Shown here: positions 30,601-42,600 of the stretch, in pieces | How the letters are laid out: each line of letters opens with the position of its first letter | Position numbering within the stretch: position 1 is the stretch's first letter | Assembly (NCBI GenBank): GCA_963976765.1 | Contig: CAXBME010000014.1 | Location: forward strand, 124,001 to 188,000 | Source: an uncultured Planctomycetaceae bacterium | Lineage (GTDB): Bacteria > Planctomycetota > Planctomycetia > Planctomycetales > Planctomycetaceae | Length of the DNA stretch: 64,000 nucleotides | Direction: 5' to 3' | Position numbers and translations under genes: made by a program | The notes under the pieces: generated by a model | The model's database searches: none | The model's input: the letters and a program-made list of their open reading frames with translations, nothing else | What the model was told of the DNA's origin: nothing

Positions 30601-33600
30601 AGGTTGTTGAAGATGCTGAGTGTGTCGCCAGCAAAATCCGTCTGTGGCCATGTTGCCGAGACGCGGTAGTTACCTGGGGTCAAGCCGGTGAATGTCCACG
30701 TCGACGTTCCGCCATCGCCGACAGAATTTGATGTGTAGTCGCCTTCAAATCCAGCACCGACGGTGTGACTCCAGTCACCTGATACAGTCGCGAACGCGGC
30801 GTCTTCATCGTCGATGATCGTCGAATCTGCGACAGCTCCGGCAATGCGGAAGCTGAATTCGTCTTCATCCAGATCGTTCGTCGTGAACAGGAAGTCGCCG
30901 GCAAAATCGCCAACAGTGCCCGCGTCCATCGTGATTCCGAACGTCAATGTCGCACCGGCCGCAATCGTTGTCGGCCCGGCAGCAAGCGTCGACGTGAATC
31001 CGGCCGGCACAGCACCAGCCGTTACCGTCAAATCGCCGATGCCGTTATTGACGATGCGGACAGTCTTCTCGATCGCCGATCCGACTCGAGTAATACCGAA
31101 GTCGAGTTCTCCGTTGCCGTCCAGAATGAGAGCTTTACCAACCTGGACTTCAATTTCCGGTCGGACAACCTGCGTGAATTCACCGGCTGAATGGGCAGCC
31201 GCCAGCCCGGCCGTCAGAGTCAACTGATTCGTGAGCACATTAACGGCACTCACCGTCACTGTTTCTGCCCCGACCCTCAGCTGGAAGTTTGGAGCCGGGA
31301 AGACCGTTGCGTCAACAACGTCCAGCGTCATCGCTCCCATGGCCGCAGCCGATGAAAGTTGCGTTGTTTCGATCGAAACCCGCTCGATGCGGATCGAGTC
31401 AGCCACAACCGTCTGACCGTCAGCCGGGTCGAGCACTACCGACAGCGAGTTACTGGAAATCCAGACCAGACCGCCGATGTCTTCCCATGTTGAACCAACG
31501 TCCGTGAAGTCGTCCGGTAGGGTCTCCAAGTCCATCAGTTCGCGAGCCACGACCTGATCACCATCCAGAATACTGAATGGAGCTGCGGAGCTGAGTTTGA
31601 CACCGCCCGCGTCAAATGCCTGATCTGCCCATGTCGCTGAGACTCGATACAGACCTGGCGTCACACCATCAAACAGCCATGTGGCCGTGTGCGAGTCTGA
31701 GGCACTCTGCAGTTCGTACTGTGAACCTCCCGTTGCCGCAGCGTTCGGCACAAGGTCCCAGCCGATGCCTGGTGTCGGATGCTGACCATCCCCGGTCAGT
31801 TTGAAGCCGACGTCAGAATTGTTCAGCACTCGTGCCGGAGCATTCTCGAACGGCAGCAACGTTTCGATGTCGCGGTAGGCAACAGTCCCGACTCCGACTG
31901 CCGTCAGTGACAGACCGGTATCAAGGACGATTCGTCCCTTCGAATCGAAGTCCAGCGTGTCGCCGGCAGGAATCGGATCGGTACCCCCCAAGATGGTCGC
32001 GTTTGGAGGATTGTTGCCGTCGACGCTTCGAGCGACCGGTGGCGAGCCAACCGGGAAGTTACCGCTCAGCGACAACGGATCGATGAAGATGTAATCGTTG
32101 AATGTCGAGCCGATAAAGTTTTCGATGAAGCTGCTCGCCGTTTCCGGCTGAGGAATGACGGCAGCTCCAACCGCGTCAGGATCAACCGTCAGTGGCGTCG
32201 TGATACGTCGGAAGTCGACGGTGTTGGCCCCGCCGTCGCTATTGACAGTCTGCGGAGCACCAACTCCCAGGCCATCGCTGGTGATGTCCATGTCAAAGGA
32301 TGTGGTTCCGTTACCGATACCAGCGGTCGCGAAACGGAAGTCGACGGTGTCGCTACCGGCGATGTCCTGAATGATGTCTGCACTGCCACCGAGTGGTTCG
32401 ATCCGGAAGATATCGTTGCCACTGGTTCCAGCTCCGATAAATCCAGGAGTTCCTGGCAGAGCACCAGCAGCGGGTTCATTTGCCCGGAAGCCGCCACCGT
32501 TCAAGTAGTCGCTCCCCGGACCGTCGCCGAGGATGTTGTCGTCGTTGTCGCCAGCAATGAAGTCATTGGCAGAACCACCGATGGCGTTTTCGATGCTGTT
32601 GTCATCGGTGCCGCCGCCAGTTCCTGCAACAAGGCCACCGGCCGCACCGCCGTTGATATTTGTCGCGGTGCCGGTGAAGAGGTCGACAAGAACCGATGAC
32701 GTGTAGTCACGGTAGTCGATGCTGTCATTGCCGCCAGCCCCGTCAACAAACTCAGAAACCGATGCACCGTCACGGAGGTCAAAGTGGTCGCTCAGACTTC
32801 CCCCGACCAGGTTCTCGAACGAAGCAAAAATCAGATCCTGCTCTGGGAACGTCGCAACAATCGGAACACTCAGCACCAGTGCTGTCGGACGTCCGACCGT
32901 TGTCGCACCACCGATTCTGGCATCAGCCGTCGAACGGCTGGCCACCAGATTTCCGTGGTCCATTCCCTGGAAACCGCCCAGGTTATTACCTCGTGCGGAA
33001 TCAGCCGCCAGTGGTGTGTCAAACAGATCCCAGTGGTTGTTCAGATCAGCCGCAATCAGCGTGTCCCCGGCACCGTCACGTCCACGCAACGAATCGATGT
33101 TGGTGAACGTTCCGTTGATGCTGGTTTCCGAGCCGGTGAAACCATCGACCACGGTCGCCGTTCCAAGAGTCGTCTGCACGAAGATATGGTTGTCCCAGCG
33201 GGTTGAACCGTCGCTCGTGGCTCCGTCGTTGATGACCAGTGCCAGCGGGAAAGTACCTTCAGCGTCGGCTCGCAGAGTGATGATGCCGTTAGCCAGCGTC
33301 GCCGTGGCTCCGGTGAATGCTCCGTTGATCGCTCCCAGCAGGTCGTTGACCGTTGTCGTTGCGTTGACGTTCGCCAGCGTTGCCGAAACAGCATTACCAG
33401 TGGTGTCGACACCCGAAATGACGATGGTGTCGGCACCTGCACCGCCAGCACCGTCATAGTTCACTCCACCGACAGCTGCAGCGTTTGAAGCCAGAGCGTT
33501 CAGCAGCGTCGTTCCGACAGCGTTCCCGCCGCCGACTTCCAGCGTCAGCGCCGTAGCAGTCTGCAGTGTTTCGTTCGAGCCGCCCAGACCATCGTCGGTC

Positions 33601-36600
33601 ACATTCATCGTTGGGAATGTCGTCGCTCCGGTGTTTCCGACTCGGTCGTTGATCGAAAGTGCCAGCGAAACCGGGCCGGTGGCATTTGCTGTGACAACCA
33701 GCTCGCCAGCTCCGTTCAGCGTCACCACGGCACCGTCGAATTCTGCATTGATCGCGTCGAGCAGATTCTGAATCGTCGTTGCCGAGTTGACACTGAAGTT
33801 GGTGGAGAACGGGTTCCCGTCCGTGTCCGTTCCGCTGATGACCAGAATGTCCGTCCCGGCGGCCGGGTAATCGACCGTGTTGTTGTCCAGGGCGTTGAGC
33901 AGTGTCGCTGTTGTTGCCGGTGCCGCTGCGACAGTGAATGCAGTCCCCGCTGTCAGCGTCACACTTGTCGGCCCGACACCCGTCAGTGTCACTGTTCGAG
34001 CAGTCGTGAACGCACTGAAATCGATCGTGTCGTTGTTAATGCCGGTGTTGGCTGGGACCGTCGGATCTGTTGCTCGCTCGTCACCATCCAGCAGGATGGT
34101 GGCTCCGGCCGGTGTGTCGGTTCCATTTTCGAAGTCAAAAATGTCCTGACCGCCAGCAGCGTAGATTTCGATGTTGTCCAGGTCATGCCTGATTCCACCG
34201 AAGTTCAGTTCCAGTGTGTCGGCGCCGTCGGTGCCGACAAAGATCAACTCGTTGATGTTGACGTTCACCGTCAGGTCGACGCCCGTGCCTGCATCGAACA
34301 GACCGTCGATTGTGGCCACACCGTCGCCGCCGCCGATTGACCCCGAATGAGTGAACCTCACGGTGTCGCCACTGGTGTCAGCCCGGTCGACGATCGTCAG
34401 CGAATCCGTACCGCCTTCGTCCTGACTGTCTTCGCCAGACGCTCCCGATCCAGCCGTCGGCGAGATGAAGATCTGTCCGAGAATCAGGTCAACAGTGTTC
34501 GCACTGTCACCAGCGGTGTCAGCACTGAAGATTTCAAACTGGTCGTCCCCGGCCCCACCGAAAATCGTCAGATCGACGGTCCCCGGCAGCGAGCGAACGT
34601 GAATTCGGTCTGCTGCTGTGTCCGTTCCAATTTGAGCCGACCCGGCTCCCTGACCGGCGTTACCGGTGTTGTCACCGTCCAGCCGCAGCGTCACAAGTGC
34701 TTCAGCACCAGCATTGGCCGGAGTCGCTCCGTCCACGCTGACCAGGTCGATGATTTCCGAGCCGGTACCGCCGTAGATTTCGACGTTTGCAAAACCGCTG
34801 AAGTTGGTCGTTTCGAAGCCGTTGTCACCCACGATCTGAGTGTCACCGTCCGCTCCGCCGACATCGTTGATTGTCAGCTGGTAAGTCGCCGGGGTGTCAG
34901 TTGCATCGATTCGCAGATCCCCACCAGCACCGTTGATGTCAATTGGCGAGAGATTTGCAAACGAGATGGCCAGGTTAATCTGGTTACTGACGTCGTCGAC
35001 GATGCCGATGTTTCCGCTGTTTCCGGCGTCAACCAGATCCGAGAAGTACGAGAAATCTTTATCAGTCAGCAGGTCAAACCGCAGAGCATTGACGCCCGCT
35101 CCGCCTTCGAAGTGCAGCGTGACATGGTTGGCTTCGATATCCAGCGCACCGTTCGCATCAACAACTGGCTCGCGATCAATGTGCGTCTCAAAGGCAGTCC
35201 CCAGGTGAGATCCTTGTGAAACGCCGCCGTTGTTCGCCGTGTTGTTGATTGCTGGAGCTGCCAGAGCAATCGAGTTCATGCCGGCGTCTTCATCCAGCGT
35301 GCTGAACGATGGCAGACCGGCGGCTGTTTCAGTCAGCACGACCGTTTCGTCGTCGTCGGTTCCGATCACGGTCAGCGACAGAATCTGATCGTTCTGACCA
35401 GCGAAGACCTGCACGGCACCGGCACCGTCATCGATTCGAACTTCCACGTCACCACTGCCAGCGGCGTTCAGACGAATATCGACGGTGTCGGCTGTACCAT
35501 CCTGATACCCCAGCGTGCTGGCTCCAGCGGCTCGCGGACCGACGATGCCCAGGTCAACCACCAGGTGATAGTCGGCATCAGTCATCGGATTGGTCGAGTC
35601 AACGGCGCTGACAGTTTCAATGCTCGTATACCTGACTGACTGCTCGGTCTCTGGATTCTGGAATGTGAATGTACCGGCAGCGGCATCGTCACCGACGTCC
35701 GGATCCCCAATCGTCAGAATGGCGTTTCCGCGAGTCACATTAACGAGGTCCAGATTCAGGATGTCGCCAGGAGGCACATCGGCATCACCGAAAACTGGCG
35801 GATTTCCGTTGACGACAAAGTCCGTCGTTGGCTGTGGACCGAAGTTGAACGTGTCGTTCTGGTCTCCGCCGTTGATGAACGTTCCCGCCGCAGCATTGCC
35901 TGCAGAGTTCGTCGTGATCACGCTGACGTCGGATGCCGGATCCGTAGCGATTGTCAGCGTTGCTCCATCGTTGGCATTGCTGGCTGCTTCAGCATCGCCT
36001 GCGGACGGGTCCATATTGAATGTGACTCGCGAAGCCGCTCCGGCAACAGTGATATCACCATTGACGACTGCATCGTCGCCCACGTTGAACGTGATGCTTC
36101 CATTGCTGGTCGTGCTGATCAGCAGGTCCGCTGTGTTGGCCGAGTTGCGACCGTTGACGGTCAAATCGTCAATGAAGCCGGCATTGTCGTTCAGCGTAAT
36201 AATGATGTCGCCGCCCGACGTGATGTTGTCTGCCACGGTGATCGCCGACGCGTTCGTCAGCACAACCGTGCCGCTTGTGGCCGAGTTCTCAATGCCGACC
36301 CTTCCGTTGACTGTCTCAACCGTCAGCAGCGACGTCGCGAAAGCTGCCGTCGAGTTGTCGATCTGAATGTTGCCAGTCATGGTGTTCAACACCCCGATCG
36401 TGGTCGTCGTCATGTCGGTATCGATGGCGTTTGCTGAACCAACACCCCGGCGTGCCAGGATCGACAGCGTCCCGCCCGCTCCGATGACAATATCCGTGTC
36501 GGTATCGCCGCCATCAATGACGCCCCCTCCAGCCGTTCTGATGTCGATCGACGATTCCGTCGTGCTGGTCGTCTGAATGCTGCCCAGAGTAACGTCAAGA

Positions 36601-39600
36601 TCCGCGTCGATATCGATCTGTCCGGTTCCGGCATTAATAACAGCCCCGTCCGCCATGAAGACGTCGCCGGTACCACCTGCTGTGTCGGCATCAATCGTGA
36701 CCAGACCACTGGTCGACGTGACGTCGCCGGCTGCTCCGAACGTGATGTCATCAGTCGTCGTTCCACCATTCAGCGCTCGGAACGTCACCGCTCCAGTGGC
36801 GCTGTCGATGGGAGAATCAATCTGCACGGCAACGTTTCCACCGCCGCCAGTTCCGGTAACGGTAATGGTTGCTGCTCCGGTGGCGTCAATCGGGCTGGTG
36901 ATGCCCGAGGCGATCTCGACACCGTCTCCGTTTGTGGCAACGCCGGTGATGGCGATGTTGTTTCCGGATGTGATCTGAGCGGAATTCCCAATCACGATCA
37001 CGCCGTCTGAGTTGCCGCCGGTACCACCGGTACCGTTGAGTGTGATCGTGCCTGTGTTGCTGCTGACGATGGCAGAATTCACCGCGATACCGTCGTCGGT
37101 TCCGCCGATACCCGTCAACTGAATGTTGCCGGCGTCACTGGTGATGGCCGAAGTCCCGCCGCCGTCGATGCTGATCCCCATGCCAGTGGCAAGGCCGTTG
37201 CCGCCGGTGCCCATCAGAGTGATCGTGGCAGCATTGGTCGCCGTAATGTCGGCTCCGGTGATTTCCACGCCATCGTCGCCAGCGGTCGATATACCGGTGA
37301 TCTGAATGGCTCCGCCGGTCGAGCTGATGACCGACCCGGCGTTTTCGATGATCACACCTTCTGCCGTGCCGGTGGCATTGCCGGTTCCGACGATCGTGAT
37401 CGTTCCCGTCGCCCCGGTAACGTTGACGGTGCCGGTGTTGCCAGCCCCAGCGCCACCGATGTGAACGCCGTCGTTCCCGGCCGTTGTGCCACCTCGACCG
37501 TTCAACGCGATGGCACCGTTGGCTGTGGTGACTTCGGCTCCACCGTCAATCACAAGTCCGTCGAAGGCGAAGTTCTGAGCGACTCCCTGGTTGGCGTTCA
37601 GCGTGATACTCCCATCGGCTGACTGCACCGCAGCATTGGTCGATGTGATAACCATCTGCCGAACGGCGTCGCCGGTGATGGCTCCCGCCCCGACGGTTGA
37701 GACCACCGCGTTGTTCTGAACGAACAGGTCCGTGCCGGCATTGAGGTCGATGAACCCGTTGCCGCCGGTGGCCGTCACGTTGGCATTGATCGTCAGGTCA
37801 TCGTCGTTGCCGCCATCGTTGGTGGCGGTCAGCGTGATGTCGCCGCCTGCGTTGTCGACAACCGGAGTATTGACCGTCAGCGGGCTGCTGGCGATCAGCG
37901 TGATGTCGTCGCCACCTTCGTCAGCAGCAGCATCGATAATCGTCACACCGACCGTACCGTTGACCGTTCCGACAATCAGGTGTCCGGTATTCGTCACGTT
38001 GATGTCGCCGGATTCGGTCGAAGCCGCAATCGTCAGCGATGCACCATTGGCCGCCGTGTCGAGCTGGCCGTTGGTATCTCCCGCGTCGCCGATCCCGGTT
38101 GCTGCCAGAAGCTGAGCCGTCGCGGCGGTGATGTCCACGTTGGCGTTACCACCATCGATAATCGCTCCGGCCACAGCGTTAATCTGAACTTCACCCGTCG
38201 TCACGAGCCCGCCCAGCGTCACGTTGACGTCCGCGTCGATGTCGATCAGGCCACTACCCGCATTGATGACCGCACCGTTGGCCATAAACACGGAGCCGTT
38301 GCCGCTGTTAGTTGTGTCTGCGTCGATCGTCACGATTCCGCTGGTTGACGTGACGTCGCCGGCTGCTCCAAAACGGATGGTGTCGTCGGCCGACTGGATC
38401 GTGACGAAACCCGTATTGCTGCTGATCGGCGAGTCAATCTGCACGCCATCTTCGGCTGCGCTGCCCGTGCCAGTCAGCGTGGTCGTTGCGATGCCCGTGG
38501 CGTTAACTGCCAGCGTGATCCCTGAAGTAATGAAAACACCGTCGTTGTCTGTCCCGGCCCCGGTTCCTGTGCCGGTGATAGCGATCGCCCCGTCCACGCT
38601 TGTCACGTTCGTCGAGGTGCCCCCGAGAAACACGCCGTAGTTATTGGTCGTACCGCTTCCGCCAGTACCACCGATGGTGATCGTCGCCGCGTTCGCTCCT
38701 GTTCCCGTCGACGAAATGGCCTCAATCGTGTCCAGAACAACACCCGCATTGCCGCTGCCAGTTCCACTTCCGCCGGTGCCGGTGATGAAGATCGCTCCGT
38801 CGACACTCGTGACGTCCGTCGTGGCGCCAAACACAATCACGCCGTAGTTGTTAACCGTTCCATCTCCGCCGGTGCCGTTGATCGTAATCGTTCCAGCCGT
38901 CGCTCCGCTGGCTGTTGAATTCACGCTCGCCCCATTCGTCAGAAACACACCGTAATGCACAGAGGTAGCTGCATCGTCACCGCCGGATCCGGTCAGCACA
39001 ATGTTCCCGGTGCCTGTTGTCTGAACGACTGAATTATTAACCGTCAGCCCAACAAAGTTGCCAGCAACTCCGCCAGCGTTGGCCAGCATTGTGAGGTTTC
39101 CGTTGACAGTCTGGATCAACGTTGCCGCTCCGGCGACGCTGATCGCTCGGACTGCGGTTCCGTCGATCGTTCCGGCCCCGGTTGTTGTAATTTGAGCGCT
39201 GCCATCGATCAGGATGTCGCGGCCAGCGTCCAGGTCGAGGTTGCCGCCAGCGCTGGTGACGTCTCCATCGACAGTGATGACCAGGTCGTTGTTCGCATTG
39301 ATCGTGACGTTGCCGGCTCCGGTCGACTGCACGATACCGGCGACTCGGATGTCAGCCGTCGCGGGAGCAGCACCACCTCGGGCAATGCCGATGTTGCCAC
39401 CTGCCGTGACCTGAGCGTTCGCGCCGTCCTGCTGAATGTCGACGCTGTCGATCGGAGCGGCTCCAGCCCCTGATGCAAACAGGTCAGAACCAGTAATCGT
39501 GACCTCATCGACCGCGTTGATCTGGCCAGCCGTGGTGACCCGCACACCGCCCAAAGCGTCGGCGTCTGAATCCGCGGTCAGCGTGATGTCGGAATTTGCC

Positions 39601-42600
39601 GCTGTCGTCTGGACAGTCGCGTTGACGATGATGTCTCGCTGAACCGTCCAGTCGATGGATGCTGCCGACGTGACCGCAGCGTTGATGATCAGATCGGATG
39701 TCGCTGCATTCTGACCATTCAGAGTGATCGTGCCACCCGCCGCCGTCAGAGACGCGTTGACAACCACGTTGCCATTCAGCTCGACCGTCCCCGTCGTACC
39801 TGCACCGGCAGTCGTGATGGCCTGTGAAACGGTGATCGTGCCGCCAGCACCGTTTGAGCTGTTAAGCGTCACGGCATCGTCTGAAGTCGTAATACCAACC
39901 GTTCCGCCGACCGTGCCGACGGTGACTCCGTCGTCGTCGCGGAAGTTGATCAAGCCGGTCGTCGCGGCAGCGATTGTGTTGACGTCGTTGGTCGAACTGG
40001 ACGACAGATCGAACGAGCCGTTGGCTCCCGCGCTGAGCAGTCTCAAACCGTCAGCCGTGATCATTCCCGTAGCCCCCTGAAGTGCTGGAGAAGCCGCCCC
40101 ACCGGCGCCCAGATTCAGCGTCACGACTCCGTTGGTCGTGTTGGCCGAGACGGTTCCATCAAGCGTCATGGTGGCCTGATTGTCGTTGTCACCCACACCC
40201 GCATTCAGCGTCACGTCACCGCCGGCAGCAGTCGCCTGTACCACGCCTGTCGCCGCAATGACGATGTCATCGCCCGCGTTGAACGTCACATCACCCGCTG
40301 TCGACTGCACCGTCACGCCCGCGTTAACAGTCACGTCGTCGTTGGTGGCCGCGCCGGCGTCTTCCGTTGCGTTAGCCGTCAGATTGCCGCCGCTGGACGT
40401 GTTGACGGCAAACGTGACCGGGCTGCTGGCGGTCAGTGTTGTCGTGCCTGCTCCGACGTTGCTGGAAGTAGCCTGACCGTCGACAGAGTTGATCGTCAGT
40501 CCGGCGGTGTTTGAAATCTCGACGTTGCCCGATGTCGTATTGCTGAATGCCAGATTGCTAACGGTCGTTTCGAGAGCGTCTCCACTGCCAATGCCCGTCG
40601 TTGCTCGCAGAGCAGCATTCGCCGCGGTAATTTCCTGACCGGCTCCGCCATCAACAATGGCTCCGGTCGCCGTGATGATGACAGTGTCTCCAGTCGCGTC
40701 CAGATCCTGAATCGTGATGTCTCGTGTTCCGCCGACCGTTGTCAGCGTCAGATTATTCGCGCCGCCAGCCGTGGCTGTTTCGACAGTCAGGTCCCCAGCA
40801 GTCGCCTGAATCGTGATTGACCCGTCGTTGGTCATTGCGTTCAAGACTCGCAACGACCCAGTTTCGTCGGAAACGTCGATATTGCCCGTGCCAGTCACAG
40901 TTGCTGTGAGTCCGTGCGTCCCTGTAGCGAATCCATCAATTTCGATTGTGGCTGCATGGCCGATTCCGGTAACGGCCGTCAGGTTCAGATCCTCACCATC
41001 GATATCGACTGCACCGTCAACTCCTGATTCTTCGATCGCTCCGGCAGCGGTGATTGTCACAGCATCGCCAGCGGCATCAACAAGTCCGACAAGCACGTCA
41101 CCGCTGGTTGTTGTCGTCAGCGTGATATTCCCGGAGCCGCCCGCAACAACGGAAGTCGCCGTCAGGTTAGCGCCGGTATTTTCGAGGTCGATATTGCCAT
41201 TCGTCGTGACGCTGGTGAATGTCGCCGCACCACCACCGGAATTGTCAACGGTGATTGAGCCAGTGTCCGTGCTGATCGAGGTGTAGACGGTCGCGGTCGC
41301 CAGTGCATTATCGATATCGACATTGCCGGTCGTGGTGTCAGCCGTGATCGTGCTTCCGATCAGTTCCAGTTGAGTCGTGTTACCAATGCCGCTGGCGGCG
41401 TTCAGGTCGATCGTTGAGGCCACCACCAGACCTGCACCGTTGATGCCTGCGGCACTGGTAATCGTTACCTGATTGGCTGCGGCGCTTGTCGTACCAGTCA
41501 GGATTACATTGCCGCTCGTCGTTGTGGTCAGCAGAACATTGTTATTCCCACCAGCAGACACGCTGGTGCCAATCGTGAGGTTCCCGCCAGTCGCGTTCAG
41601 AGTGACCGTTCCGTCATTTGAGCTGACCGACGTCACGTTCAACCCACCGGCACTGTCAGAGATGTTGATCGCTCCAGATCCGGTTGTGGTGGCGCTGGCC
41701 AAGGTGGTGATCGTCGTGTCGAGGTCAATGCCTGTCGCGGCCGACGCCGTCAACGAGGTGGCAGTCAGGTTATTCGTTCCACCGTTTCCATCGATAATGG
41801 AACCCGCAGTCGCGGTCAGGCTGACGGTCTGGCCTGACGCATTCAGATTGTTCAGCGTCAGGTTGGTGCCAGCAGTCAACGTCGTCGTGCCACTGGTCGA
41901 AGAATCCGCCAGAGTCAGAGCGTTGGTATCCCGAATCGTCGTTGTTCCGCCACTGACGACGGTCACGTTGCCCTGGAAATCGTTACCGGCGTTGTTCAGG
42001 TTGATCGTTCCCGTCCCCGCCGTCAGGGTCGTCGTGCCGCCGACGATCACTGCCGCGCCGGTGCCGGTGATCGTTCCGGCGGTAACACTCAGATTTCCAG
42101 TGTCGATGTCTGTCGTTGCGGTCTGGAAGACGACGGAATCATCTGTCTCAGCGGTAATCGTCAGATTGGCATCGAAGTTGGCGTCCAGCCCCTGAACGTT
42201 AACCGTGTCCGCACCGGTCCCGGCTGTTGTGAGAATGGTCAGAGACGTTGTCGGATTGACGAAGTCGACGCTTTCACCCAGCGTTGAATCGATCCGGTTA
42301 TCCAGAGCGCCGCTGGCGTCCAGAGTGATCGTCTCAGTACCGCCGGTGAACGAGAAGATGCGGTTGACGGCGCTGACATTGTCCGTGATCGGCTCGATGT
42401 TCGAGTACGTCGTGGTCTGTGTCTGAGCCCCTTCGGTGGCCACAAACGACCCACTGTTGTTGTCGACAAAATTGTGCTGCAGCGTGTCGATCTCCAGCCC
42501 GACCGAGTTGATGACGATGTCGTCGCCCGTTGTGTGAGCACCGCCGTCAAAGACGATCGGAGTTGTGAAGAAACCGCCGGTGCCGTTGTAGTTGACCGTC

